A DNA stretch of 54,015 bases, taken from contig QILK01000008.1 of NCBI GenBank assembly GCA_003233345.1, positions 1 to 54,015 of the forward strand, in the 5' to 3' direction. The stretch is from Gammaproteobacteria bacterium (GTDB taxonomy: Bacteria; Pseudomonadota; Gammaproteobacteria; SZUA-21). The position numbers and the translations under genes are program-made. Positions 17,515 to 27,728 of this stretch are shown here, piece after piece; position 1 is the stretch's first letter, and each line of letters starts with the position of its first letter. The notes beneath the pieces are model-generated. The model worked only from the letters and a program-made list of their open reading frames with translations. It searched no databases and had not been told where the DNA came from.

Positions 17515-18087
17515 ATGATCAGCGAAAAAGTTAGCGGGTTATTACAGCGATTTATTATTGTCTTGCCGGTAATGATGTTATTGACCGCATGCAGTCACGA
17601 TATGTCCGGCTTGCAGACAAAAATTAATACCATCGTCAAAGAAACCAAAGGGCATGATATTAAGGCGGCGCCGAAGTATGTGCAGATAGAACCTTATATA
17701 TATAAAGCGACAATACGAGATCCTTTTGTCGCAACTAGGCCGAAACGGCCAGGGCCGATTAATTCGCAAAATGCCAAGCGTTGTAATGGGCCGACGAAAT
17801 TGCTCAACCGCAGTAGAGAATTACTGGAATCATTCCCACTCGATACCTTGCGTATGGTGGGTGTGGTCAGAATAAAAGGGGTTATGTGGGCGTTATTGCA
17901 AACTAAAAGTGGAACAGTTCATCGGGTTCGTGCGGCAAATTATATCGGTCAAAATCACGGGAAGATCGTGGGGATTACCGGTTCTGAGGTACTCGTCAGC
18001 GAAATTGTGGAAAACAAGGGCATTGAATATGAAGAAGATGAATGTCCATACAGGATACGTAAAGCGACATTGGCGCTGAGCAGATAA
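17515..18087 (+). CDS. pilP: Type IV pilus lipoprotein PilP
   Basis: Lipobox LTAC, RDPF, LESFPLDTLRMVG, YIGQNHG. Confidence 0.95.
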   Translation: MISEKVSGLLQRFIIVLPVMMLLTACSHDMSGLQTKINTIVKETKGHDIKAAPKYVQIEPYIYKATIRDPFVATRPKRPGPINSQNAKRCNGPTKLLNRSRELLESFPLDTLRMVGVVRIKGVMWALLQTKSGTVHRVRAANYIGQNHGKIVGITGSEVLVSEIVENKGIEYEEDECPYRIRKATLALSR

Positions 18088-18106
18088 ACCATCAAGGGGA
18101 CGAGCA

Positions 18107-20233
18107 ATGCTATCTAATATTCTTCATGCCATAGCAAACGATGCAATGGATGCTTTGACGACTAGATCAACTAAAACAGCGAAACGGAAAAATATCATGC
18201 GAACATTTACTGGCTTTTTGTTACTAGTGAGTACTTTGTCAGCAATCGCGGCTTCTAATGAGCTAAGGGATCTGCAAGTATCATCATTGCCAGGCGAAAG
18301 AGTGTTGATCACTCTGGTCATGGCAAAAACGGCTACTAACCCGGTATCATTTACCATGGACAATCCAGCGGGAATAGTCATGGATTTTATTGGTACCCGA
18401 AACCGTTTGCTCAAGCGCAGTCACCGTGTGGCTATTGGACTGGTCAGGGATGTAAAAGTCATTGAGGCCAAAGGTAGAACACGCATGGTGATTAATCTCG
18501 CCAAATTGGTTGCGCATAATATGCGTACCGATGGCAATAAAATATATGTGACGTTGGGTAACGGTACGGAAACTGTTTCTTCTTCAACACAGTCTTATAT
18601 ACGCCCGCGACAAACGGTGAGTAATCACGGAATACGTTCTATCAAGTTTCGACGCGGTGAAAAAGGAGAAGGACGTGTCATTGTGACACTGGATCGATCG
18701 TCCACGGCAATCGATATAAGCGATCGTGGCGGAAAAATCGTGGTAGATTTTGGCAATACACGCTTGCCGGCAAAGCTGGAAAGACGTCTTGACGTCCTCG
18801 ATTTTGCTACCCCCGTCAAGATTATTGATACTTACAAAAAGGGCAGTGGTGCGCGAATGGAGATTACCCCCTTGGGTAAATACGAGCATTTGGCCTATCA
18901 ATCCAATAACGTATATACGATTGAAATCAGACCGATAAAAAAGAAAGCCCTAAAACGCCCAGGTGGTGGAAAGGGTGTTTATACCGGCGACAAATTAACA
19001 TTGAATTTCCAAAATATTAAGGTACGCGCCGTGTTACAAGTGCTGGCTGACTTCACCAAGAAAAATATTATCGTCAGCGACAGTGTAAAAGGCAGTCTGA
19101 CTTTAAGGTTAAAGAATGTTCCATGGGATCAAGCGCTGGACATTATTCTTAAGAGTAAGGGCCTGGCAATGCGCAGCGAGCTGAATGTGATCCGTATCGC
19201 GCCAACCGAAGAAATATCGCAAATAGAACAAGCCGAATTAACCGCACGTCGAAAAGCGATCGAACTGGCGCCCATGCATACTGAGTGGTTCCAGATTAAT
19301 TTTGCCAATGCAGAGGATATTGCCAAAACAATTAAAAACAAGAACGCGTCTTTATTATCAGCGCGTGGATCTGCCGTCGTTGATAAACGCACAAATACGC
19401 TTATGATTCATGAAACCACAGACAAACTTAACGAAATACGCGGTCTTATCAAACGCCTGGATATCCCTGTTAGACAGGTGTTAATAGAAGCACGTATCGT
19501 TATCGCCAGCACTGATTTTTCCAAAAATATCGGGGTTAGACTGGGGCTGGCGGGTCGCAACACCATTAACAACGGACGCGATTTTATTACCGCAGGTGGC
19601 CGGCAAAATACCGATGGCACCTTGAGTAACAATCTAATGGTTGACATGGGTGTGAATACGCCAAAAGCAGGCAGGTTTGGCTTTACCATGGGCAGGTTGG
19701 GTGATTATTTGTTACAACTGGAACTTTCTGCCCTGCAGGCCGAAGGTAAAGGTGAAATAGTTTCCAGCCCCAGGTTGGTGACAGCGAATAAGAAGCAAGC
19801 TTTTATCGAGCAAGGCCTTGAAATTCCGTACACGCAATCGACTTCAAGTGGGGCGGCTTCGATACAATTCAAAAAAGCGGTATTATCACTAAAGGTTACA
19901 CCACAAATTACGCCGGATGACCGTATTATACTGGACTTAAACGTCAAAAAAGATGCGGCAAATTTTAGTACCACGTTTAAAGACGGCGTGCCTGGAATCG
20001 ATACGCGGGAAATTAAAACCCAGGTACTTGTCAATAATGGCGAAACCATCGTACTCGGTGGAATTTACGAAGCGACCACTGAGAAAGATATCACCCGGGT
20101 TCCAGTATTAGGCAAAATCCCAATACTGGGGGCGCTATTTCGTGATAAGGCCATTGTCAACAAAAAATCAGAGTTATTGATTTTTGTAACGCCAAAAATA
20201 ATCAAGGATGGATTTAGTAAAGCAATCAATTAA
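18107..20233 (+). CDS. pilQ: Type IV pilus secretin PilQ
   Basis: AMIN domains, VPWDQALD, QVLIEARIV, VPVLGKIPILGALF, ELLIFVTPKI. Confidence 0.97.
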   Translation: MLSNILHAIANDAMDALTTRSTKTAKRKNIMRTFTGFLLLVSTLSAIAASNELRDLQVSSLPGERVLITLVMAKTATNPVSFTMDNPAGIVMDFIGTRNRLLKRSHRVAIGLVRDVKVIEAKGRTRMVINLAKLVAHNMRTDGNKIYVTLGNGTETVSSSTQSYIRPRQTVSNHGIRSIKFRRGEKGEGRVIVTLDRSSTAIDISDRGGKIVVDFGNTRLPAKLERRLDVLDFATPVKIIDTYKKGSGARMEITPLGKYEHLAYQSNNVYTIEIRPIKKKALKRPGGGKGVYTGDKLTLNFQNIKVRAVLQVLADFTKKNIIVSDSVKGSLTLRLKNVPWDQALDIILKSKGLAMRSELNVIRIAPTEEISQIEQAELTARRKAIELAPMHTEWFQINFANAEDIAKTIKNKNASLLSARGSAVVDKRTNTLMIHETTDKLNEIRGLIKRLDIPVRQVLIEARIVIASTDFSKNIGVRLGLAGRNTINNGRDFITAGGRQNTDGTLSNNLMVDMGVNTPKAGRFGFTMGRLGDYLLQLELSALQAEGKGEIVSSPRLVTANKKQAFIEQGLEIPYTQSTSSGAASIQFKKAVLSLKVTPQITPDDRIILDLNVKKDAANFSTTFKDGVPGIDTREIKTQVLVNNGETIVLGGIYEATTEKDITRVPVLGKIPILGALFRDKAIVNKKSELLIFVTPKIIKDGFSKAIN

Positions 20234-20253
20234 ATAAAAAATCTACCCTTAAG

Positions 20254-20292
20254 AAAAAACCGCAAGTGAGTTATACTCCTTGCGGTTTTTTT
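20254..20292 (+). terminator. Intrinsic (bidirectional-type) terminator after pilQ
   Basis: AAAAAACCGCAAG-tGAG-ttata-CTC-CTTGCGGTTTTTTT. Confidence 0.8.
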
Positions 20293-20344
20293 AATTAGTC
20301 CACTAAAATAGATAACCCGATGTTGACGTTATGATGGCGAACAG

Positions 20345-20884
20345 ATGAGCGAATTTGACAATCATGATCTGCCAGGCAATATTTATTTAGTTGGGCCTAT
20401 GGGATCAGGAAAATCAACGGTTGGTAAACGGCTCGCGCAGGTTCTTGAATATGAATTTGTCGATAGTGATCGGGAAATAGAGCAGAAAACCGGCGTCTCA
20501 ATTAACCATATTTTTGATGTGGAGGGAGAGGTGGGATTCAGGAAGCGGGAAGAAAGCGCCATTCGTACATTGACCAAAAAGACGGGATTTGTACTGGCAA
20601 CTGGCGGCGGGTCTATTTTAAGCGCAAAAAACCGTCATTTGCTTAATAATACCGGTTTAGTGATTTATTTAAAGACCTCTGTGGAGGCTATTCTTGAGAG
20701 AACCAGTCGGGATAAAAATCGCCCATTATTGCAAACGGAGAATCCACGAAAAACGCTGCAAAATTTGATGCAGCAGCGTGAGTCCCTGTATCAGCAGGTA
20801 GCTCACTATACCATTGAAACAGATAATAAAAATGCTACCACGGTGGCAGACGAGATCGTCGATAGTATTGGTAAGACTAATTGA
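20345..20884 (+). CDS. aroK: Shikimate kinase
   Basis: GPMGSGKST, DSD, ATGGG, RPLL. Confidence 0.96.
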   Translation: MSEFDNHDLPGNIYLVGPMGSGKSTVGKRLAQVLEYEFVDSDREIEQKTGVSINHIFDVEGEVGFRKREESAIRTLTKKTGFVLATGGGSILSAKNRHLLNNTGLVIYLKTSVEAILERTSRDKNRPLLQTENPRKTLQNLMQQRESLYQQVAHYTIETDNKNATTVADEIVDSIGKTN

Positions 20885-20954
20885 TCCATAAACACGGTGT
20901 ACACTACTTGCGAACAGGTAGCACGCACCCACTAATTGCGGGATAATATCTGCT

Positions 20955-22061
20955 ATGAATGATCAACTTATAGTCAATCTTGGTGATCGTAGTTATCCGA
21001 TATTTATTGGTGAAAACTTATTGCAAAAGCCTTCTTGCTTTGACCCTTATATATCTGCTTCACAAATTGTTATCGTCACCAATGAAACTGTTGCTCCTTT
21101 ATATCTGCACAAGTTGATGGCGACCCTTAAGCACTATCAGCCAGAAACAATTGTATTAGCCGATGGCGAGCAGTACAAAACACTAGAGACGGCCAACCAG
21201 GTTTATACCCGGTTACTGCAGCTAAAGGCTAATAGAACGATTACATTGATCGCGCTCGGTGGCGGCGTTATCGGTGATATCACCGGTTTTGTTGCCGCTA
21301 CTTATCAAAGGGGTGTTAATTTTATCCAGGTACCAACGACACTACTGTCGCAAGTCGATTCTTCGGTCGGGGGTAAAACGGGCGTAAATCATTCGCTTGG
21401 TAAAAATATGATAGGCGCATTTTATCAACCGAAATGTGTCGTCGCCGATATCAGTACTTTAAAAACCCTGGAGCCAAGGCAGTTTAGTTCAGGTTTGGCT
21501 GAGGTCATTAAGTATGGTTTGATACGTGATTATTCGTTTTCACAATGGCTGCAGGATCATATGCAAAAATTACTCGATCTGGATGCGCCTAGTCTTATGA
21601 CGGCGGTTAGAAGATCATGTGAAAACAAGGCGGCAGTTGTCGCCGATGATGAAAAAGAAAAAGGCCAAAGAGCATTGCTGAATCTGGGGCATACATTTGG
21701 CCATGCTATCGAGACTGCCACCCACTACAAAAGTTGGTTGCATGGTGAAGCGATTGCGGCGGGTATGTTTATGGCAGCACGGTTATCTTGTGACCTTGGA
21801 TGGATTAATGAGGCGGATGTTAAATGGGCGGAAAATCAGTTATTGGCCGCCAATTTGCCCGTCAGGCCACCACAAAATATTACTACCGAGAAATTTCTGG
21901 CGTTAATGTCGGTGGATAAAAAGGTGTTGGATAATAAACTTAGATTGGTTTTACTCAAAGCACTTGGTAGTGCAGTTGTTACAGATTCTTTTGGTATGCC
22001 GGTGCTTGAAAAACTGCTGGATAGTATTGAGCGAATCAGCGAAAAGGAGTGGGTGAGGTAA
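20955..22061 (+). CDS. aroB: 3-dehydroquinate synthase
   Basis: LGGGVIGD, PTTLLSQVDSSVGGKT, LNLGHTFGHAIE, HGEA. Confidence 0.97.
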   Translation: MNDQLIVNLGDRSYPIFIGENLLQKPSCFDPYISASQIVIVTNETVAPLYLHKLMATLKHYQPETIVLADGEQYKTLETANQVYTRLLQLKANRTITLIALGGGVIGDITGFVAATYQRGVNFIQVPTTLLSQVDSSVGGKTGVNHSLGKNMIGAFYQPKCVVADISTLKTLEPRQFSSGLAEVIKYGLIRDYSFSQWLQDHMQKLLDLDAPSLMTAVRRSCENKAAVVADDEKEKGQRALLNLGHTFGHAIETATHYKSWLHGEAIAAGMFMAARLSCDLGWINEADVKWAENQLLAANLPVRPPQNITTEKFLALMSVDKKVLDNKLRLVLLKALGSAVVTDSFGMPVLEKLLDSIERISEKEWVR

Positions 22062-23215
22062 TGAAGAAAACCCTGGCATCTTATGCCGCATCGGACAAAA
22101 ACTCACGCGGTCGAATTCATCCCGAAAAATCACCCGCACACCGAAGTGAGTTTCAGCGCGACAGAGATCGCGTTATTCATTCGGCGGCTTTTCGTCGCCT
22201 GGAATATAAAACACAAGTTTTTGTCAATCATGAAGGTGATCTTTATCGAACAAGATTGACACACTCGATCGAAGTGGCACAGATAGCACGCTCAATTGCC
22301 AGGGCGATGAGATTAAATGAGGACCTGACAGAATCCATTGCCTTGGCACATGACCTTGGACATACTCCTTTTGGGCATGCCGGACAGGATGCGCTTAACG
22401 CATGCATGCATGACTATGGTGGTTTTGAACATAATTTGCAGTCATTGAGGGTTGTCGACGAGTTGGAAGAGAAGTATGCTGATTTTTCCGGCCTGAACTT
22501 AACCTTCGAAAGCCGGGAGGGGGTTCTCAAGCACTGTTCAAACACCAATGCAAAGAAACTAGGGGCAATAGGTAAACGATTTATTAAGAAACAAAACCCG
22601 AGCCTGGAAGCACAGCTTGTCAATTTGGCGGATGAAATAGCTTACAACAGCCACGATGTTGACGATGGATTGCGTGCAGGACTTATCACGATGTCGCAAC
22701 TCAATGAGGTTGTTTTATTTGAAAAGCAATATAACAAAGTCATCAGTAAATACCCGGATCTCGGGCAACGCAAGGTCATTCATGAAATTGTGCGCCGTTT
22801 GATAAATGCCCAGGTAGTCGACTTAATTGAAAATAGTATGAGCCTGATAAAGGAAAGCGACGTAAAGGACATTGAGGAAGTTAGAAAATTTAAATCACCC
22901 CTTATCCAGTATACCGATAAGATGCGAGAACAGAATCTGGAATTAAAACAGTTTTTGCGCAAAAATTTATATACACATTATAAAGTATTGAGAATGTCGA
23001 CCAAGGCCGATACCGTTATTAAAGAAATGTTTTCCTTGTTTTTTCACCACCCAGAGTTGTTACCGGAAGAATTTGGCGCTAGTGCAAAGGCTTGTATGCA
23101 TGAGCAGGATGCGATTGGCTGCGCCAGGGTTGTTGCCGATTATATCGCCGGTATGACAGACAGATATGCAATAGAAGAGCATGCAAAGCTATTTAATCCG
23201 TCACACTCCAGTTAA
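22061..23215 (+). CDS. dgt: Deoxyguanosinetriphosphate triphosphohydrolase (short type)
   Basis: FQRDRDR, RTRLTHS, HDLGHTPFGHAG, YIAGMTD; ATG at 22061 overlaps the aroB TAA. Confidence 0.93.
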   Translation: MKKTLASYAASDKNSRGRIHPEKSPAHRSEFQRDRDRVIHSAAFRRLEYKTQVFVNHEGDLYRTRLTHSIEVAQIARSIARAMRLNEDLTESIALAHDLGHTPFGHAGQDALNACMHDYGGFEHNLQSLRVVDELEEKYADFSGLNLTFESREGVLKHCSNTNAKKLGAIGKRFIKKQNPSLEAQLVNLADEIAYNSHDVDDGLRAGLITMSQLNEVVLFEKQYNKVISKYPDLGQRKVIHEIVRRLINAQVVDLIENSMSLIKESDVKDIEEVRKFKSPLIQYTDKMREQNLELKQFLRKNLYTHYKVLRMSTKADTVIKEMFSLFFHHPELLPEEFGASAKACMHEQDAIGCARVVADYIAGMTDRYAIEEHAKLFNPSHSS

Positions 23216-23221
23216 GCTGAT

Positions 23222-23473
23222 ATGCGTATTTATATGCAACTGGGGATGACTGATAACAAACCACCCAAATTTTGTTCGCTGCATTTGCAAGAGGATCTGC
23301 TGGGAGGCTGGAGCCTGGTTCGGGAAAGCGGTATTCAGGGGTCATACGGCAAAGTGGTTAAAATGCATTATGGTGACCATCAGAGTGCGCTGGAAGCTTT
23401 GGTAGAGGTCCGTGGTGCTTATATCGACAAAGGATTTAGAGTGGTTTTTGCCCAGGGGGAAAGCCAGGGATAA
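23222..23473 (+). CDS. Stand-alone WGR-like domain protein
   Basis: LQEDLLGGWSLVRESG...G...KGF pattern; 83 aa; 6 nt after dgt. Confidence 0.7.
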   Translation: MRIYMQLGMTDNKPPKFCSLHLQEDLLGGWSLVRESGIQGSYGKVVKMHYGDHQSALEALVEVRGAYIDKGFRVVFAQGESQG

Positions 23474-23650
23474 ATATATAAAAAACAGCCCGATAGGCTA
23501 AAACTTGAGGTGTGGCAACGGATGGGATATATTGCCCTAAGATCAATTGTAACTAGAAAAATCAGGGATTTGGATAATACTATCATTCTTTAATCCTGGA
23601 AAAATTTCTTAGTTTTTCACCTATTTAACTCGTACGGAATTTATTGTTAT

Positions 23651-25129
23651 ATGTCAGATAAGGTGGCCAATCTGGATGCATCGCATCGCGCCATGTCTTT
23701 TATTCAGTTACTGGGACTGAATGCAGATCCGTTTGCCGATGGTGTCAATAACAAGTCTTATTATCAAAGTGACGAGTCTCTCGATAATCAAAACTTAGTG
23801 ACCAGCCTGGTTGAAAACACCCGGCAAATGTCAGTGATTGTGGGTGCGCCAGGCAGTGGTAAGACAACGTTTCTTGCCCGGTTAGCACAATGTTTGCAGA
23901 ACGGCCCAGCGGTTTTACCAGCACAGACCGGTGTCTATTTTCAACTGGAATCTTTACGATCCGCTATTAGCGCCTGCCTGGCGATAGAGAGTGATAGCCA
24001 GAAATCGCTGGTTGCCAGACTTGTCGCTGACAATGTGCCCAGAGTTTTGTTAATCGATGATGCACATGATTTGTCCGCATCCTGTTTGGATTTACTGGTC
24101 ACACTTAATGAAGAAAGCAATGGTTTATTACGGCCAATATTGTTGGCGAACCCGAGTATCAATAAGTATTTGAACCAGCGTCAAAGTCGGATTATCCCGG
24201 GTGGCAATGCACATATCCTGCATTTACGCCCACTTAGTCAGGTTCAAACCGCAGCGTATATCGAAAATCGTTTGCACGCTGTCGGATTGTGTATACCGTT
24301 TAGTCTTACTGATGTTGATTTATCCAGTATTTATCGAGACTCAGGTGGCTTGCCAGGCGAGATTAACATAAAAGCTAAACGGCTATTTATTTCCCGTCAG
24401 TTCATCATTGGCTTGAGTCGAATGCTGGGGAATGAAGTCGAGACTAAAATACTGATACCGAGATTGCGCTGGGTCAGTGGGTTGATCGCAGTCCTCATAA
24501 GTGTTGGACTGGTTGCCGGTTTGGGGTGGGGTGTTTACACTCATTTTATGGATAATCGACCAGTAGAGCGGGTGGTAAAGAGTGAAAAAGCTACCTTAAA
24601 TGGGACGTTAAAAAAACCAGAGAATCTTATTCCAAGCCGTCCACAGGAAAAGTCGACTGGCAAAACTGTGCTGGTGATAAAAAAACCGGTGACCCAAAAA
24701 ATTGTCGTTATAAAAGGTAAAGCCCAGTTATTATCTGTTGCCAAAAGCAAAAAACGAAAAACATTAACGCCCCCTGCATTAATAAAGTCAAACGTGAAAG
24801 CCTCTTTGGGCAACAGACGCTGGGTGATGGATCAGGAGCCCAGCTATTTTACGATTCAACTATTAAGCGTAAGAAAAAAACGAACGATTAAACGTTATGT
24901 AAACACACACCGATTAGCTCAGCGTACCGGCAATTACAAGGTAAGTTTTAAGGGCAAGCAATGGCAGGTATTAGTGTATGGCGTGTTCCGCACCAAAAGC
25001 GAGGCCAAAGCACACCTGCGTAAATTGCCCGATGATGTGCGCCGTGATCGGCCGATGGTCAGGAACTTATATTATGTACAACGAGAAGCAAAAAATCGTG
25101 TTATCGTTAGAGCCAATGCTAGGCTATAA
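23651..25129 (+). CDS. ExeA-like AAA plus SPOR domain protein (DamX-like)
   Basis: DPF, Walker A GAPGSGKT, Walker B LLIDDA, SGGLPG, a TM helix, then SPOR motifs FTIQLL and YGVF..LP. Confidence 0.85.
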   Translation: MSDKVANLDASHRAMSFIQLLGLNADPFADGVNNKSYYQSDESLDNQNLVTSLVENTRQMSVIVGAPGSGKTTFLARLAQCLQNGPAVLPAQTGVYFQLESLRSAISACLAIESDSQKSLVARLVADNVPRVLLIDDAHDLSASCLDLLVTLNEESNGLLRPILLANPSINKYLNQRQSRIIPGGNAHILHLRPLSQVQTAAYIENRLHAVGLCIPFSLTDVDLSSIYRDSGGLPGEINIKAKRLFISRQFIIGLSRMLGNEVETKILIPRLRWVSGLIAVLISVGLVAGLGWGVYTHFMDNRPVERVVKSEKATLNGTLKKPENLIPSRPQEKSTGKTVLVIKKPVTQKIVVIKGKAQLLSVAKSKKRKTLTPPALIKSNVKASLGNRRWVMDQEPSYFTIQLLSVRKKRTIKRYVNTHRLAQRTGNYKVSFKGKQWQVLVYGVFRTKSEAKAHLRKLPDDVRRDRPMVRNLYYVQREAKNRVIVRANARL

Positions 25130-25190
25130 ACAGCGGCAGTCCGAATCAGGTTTAATATAACCTACTAAGCAAACTAAACACTGGGATATT

Positions 25191-26255
25191 ATGTCTTCAC
25201 TTAAGAATGATCGCTTTATTAAAGCCCTGTTAGGGGAGGCAGTAGACCGGACACCCGTATGGGTTATGCGACAGGCTGGACGGTATTTACCGGAGTATAG
25301 GCAAATACGTGAGAAGGCTGGCAGTTTTATGAATTTGTGTCAATCACCTGAATTAGCTTGTGAGGTAACATTACAGCCATTGGAGCGTTATCCGCTGGAT
25401 GCAGCCATATTGTTTTCAGATATACTCACTATCCCCGATGCGATGGGATTGGGTTTATATTTTATCGAAGGAGAAGGTCCGAAGTTCAAACGACCGGTCA
25501 CCAGTGAAGCCGATATAGAAAAATTAACGGTGCCTGATCCGGGCGTCGAGTTAAAGTATGTTATCGATGCGGTAAGTCTCATTAGAAAAGAATTAGACGG
25601 GCGTGTACCACTCATAGGCTTTACCGGCAGTCCCTGGACTATTGCGACTTATATGGTTGAAGGGGGCAGTGCAAAATATTTTTCCAATACCAAAGCGCTT
25701 ATGTATGATCGGCCGGATTTAATGCATAAATTATTGCAAAAAAATACCGATGCAATTGTTGCTTACCTAAATGCTCAAGTCGAGGCTGGGGCACAGGCAT
25801 TAATGATATTTGATACTTGGGGGGGCATGTTAACAACCCGGGATTACCAGGATTTTTCACTTGCCTATATGCAGCAGATACTTGATCGGGTCACCAGACA
25901 AAGTGAAGAGAGTAAAGTACCCATCGTGTTATTCACCAAAGGTGGTGGTCAGTGGCTGGAAATGATGGCGGCCAGCGGATGTGATGCGATCGGTCTGGAC
26001 TGGACGATTGATATTGGTACGGCGAGAAAAAGAGTAGGCGATAAAGTAGCGTTGCAGGGAAATATGGATCCTTGTGTACTCTATGCATCGCCTGAGCGAA
26101 TCAAAGAAGAAGTTGCGGCGATACTAAAAGATTTTGGTCATGGCAGTGGCCATGTATTTAACCTTGGCCATGGTATACACCCAGGTGTGAACCCTGATCA
26201 CATGGGCGCACTGATAGATGCCGTCAAAGAGCTAAGCCCGCAATATCACCAGTAG
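25191..26255 (+). CDS. hemE: Uroporphyrinogen decarboxylase
   Basis: [31 protein letters not shown]. Confidence 0.97.
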   Translation: MSSLKNDRFIKALLGEAVDRTPVWVMRQAGRYLPEYRQIREKAGSFMNLCQSPELACEVTLQPLERYPLDAAILFSDILTIPDAMGLGLYFIEGEGPKFKRPVTSEADIEKLTVPDPGVELKYVIDAVSLIRKELDGRVPLIGFTGSPWTIATYMVEGGSAKYFSNTKALMYDRPDLMHKLLQKNTDAIVAYLNAQVEAGAQALMIFDTWGGMLTTRDYQDFSLAYMQQILDRVTRQSEESKVPIVLFTKGGGQWLEMMAASGCDAIGLDWTIDIGTARKRVGDKVALQGNMDPCVLYASPERIKEEVAAILKDFGHGSGHVFNLGHGIHPGVNPDHMGALIDAVKELSPQYHQ

Positions 26256-26405
26256 CCCGGACTTCGCGCAGCGAACGCCGGGGAAAAGAATAGCCGTTTT
26301 AAATTCAATAAAAGCCCTGCAACTTACCGACAGCAAAAATCTTGTGAAAAAGCTTAAATATTCATGTTCGCTTCCCCGGCGTTCGCTGCGCGAAGTCCGG
26401 GCTAC
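26252..26405. repeat. GTAG-family REP doublet (REPIN/MITE-like), copy 1
   Basis: GTAGCCCGGACTTCGCGCAGCGAACGCCGGGG with its inverted copy at the far end; 154 bp. Confidence 0.92.
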
Positions 26406-27621
26406 TTTGTGCGACGCCGGTTTTTTCTGCGGCCTGGATGATGGCTTTTGGGATAGTATCGATTAACCGCGGGTCTAGCGGCTTAGGGATGATATATTCT
26501 TTTCCGAACTCTAGATGAGTTCTGTTATAAGCTTTTAAAACGATTTCTGGAATAGGTTCTTTAGCAAGTTCTTTTAGTGCATGCACTGCTGCGATTTCCA
26601 TTTCTGTATTGATACAACTGGCACGAGAGTCGAGTGCGCCGCGGAAAATAAACGGAAAACCAAGCACGTTATTTACCTGGTTGGGATAGTCACTGCGACC
26701 TGTAGCCATAATCAGATCCGACCGACTTGCCAGTGCCAGTGCCGGTCGGATTTCGGGATCAGGGTTGGACAAGGCAAAGACGACTGGGTCATGGGCCATC
26801 GTCTTAACCATGGCCGGGGTAATAATATCGGGCCCGGATACCCCGATCACAACATCGGCATCTTGCATGGCATCGGATAATGTCCGCTGTTTTGTATTCA
26901 CAGCAAATGCCTGTTTATATTCATTCAGATTTTCGCGTTCTGTGTGGATCACGCCTTTGCGGTCGAGCATAAAAATATTATTTTTATTGGCACCCAATGC
27001 GATTAATAGTTTCATCGAGGCAATACCCGCAGCACCTGCGCCGATACAGACAATTTTTGCGTCTGCAATTTTTTTTTGGCTGATTTCCAGAGCGTTTAAC
27101 ATGCCGGCACAAATGATGATCGCGGTACCATGTTGATCATCGTGGAAGACCGGGATATCAAGGCGTTTTATTAATTCACGTTCAATATAAAAGCATTCAG
27201 GTGCTTTGATATCTTCCAGATTGATGCCGCCAAAAGTAGGTGCGATTCGGACAACCGTGTCAATAAACTTATCAGGATCGCTTTCATCAATTTCGATATC
27301 GAAGACATCAATGTCGGCAAAGCGTTTGAACAATACGCCTTTACCCTCCATGACGGGCTTGCTGGCTAAAGCACCTACATTGCCTAAACCCAATACAGCC
27401 GTGCCATTAGTAATTACTGCGACCAAGTTACCTTTTATAGTATACCGATAAGCATTTTGCGGATCTGCTGCAATTTCTCTCACAGGCTCGGCAACACCAG
27501 GAGTATAGGCTAGTGAGAGGTCGCGTTGAGTCTGGCAGGATTTTGATACATTGACGCTAATTTTTCCTGGCGTTGGTTGACTATGATAGGCCAGTGCTGC
27601 TTTTTTCAGGTCTTCGGACAT
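26362..27621 (-). CDS. maeB: Malic enzyme, short MaeB type without the PTA domain
   Basis: LSLAYTPGVA, INLEDIKAP, FHDDQHGT, GAGAAG, TGRSDYPNQVNN. Confidence 0.93.
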   Translation of the reverse strand: MSEDLKKAALAYHSQPTPGKISVNVSKSCQTQRDLSLAYTPGVAEPVREIAADPQNAYRYTIKGNLVAVITNGTAVLGLGNVGALASKPVMEGKGVLFKRFADIDVFDIEIDESDPDKFIDTVVRIAPTFGGINLEDIKAPECFYIERELIKRLDIPVFHDDQHGTAIIICAGMLNALEISQKKIADAKIVCIGAGAAGIASMKLLIALGANKNNIFMLDRKGVIHTERENLNEYKQAFAVNTKQRTLSDAMQDADVVIGVSGPDIITPAMVKTMAHDPVVFALSNPDPEIRPALALASRSDLIMATGRSDYPNQVNNVLGFPFIFRGALDSRASCINTEMEIAAVHALKELAKEPIPEIVLKAYNRTHLEFGKEYIIPKPLDPRLIDTIPKAIIQAAEKTGVAQSSPDFAQRTPGKRT

Positions 27622-27728
27622 TGACTTTCCTTAAAATTATGTTAATAAATCATCTCTGAAGTTTAAACCTTACCCAGTATATTGCATCTATTATGAGTGT
27701 TAATCTAATCTTTTTAACTTGGCAGGCC

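Noticed and set aside
22061-23215. dGTPase as an antiphage defence gene
   Set aside because: Coupled to aroB in a housekeeping context with no defence-island features
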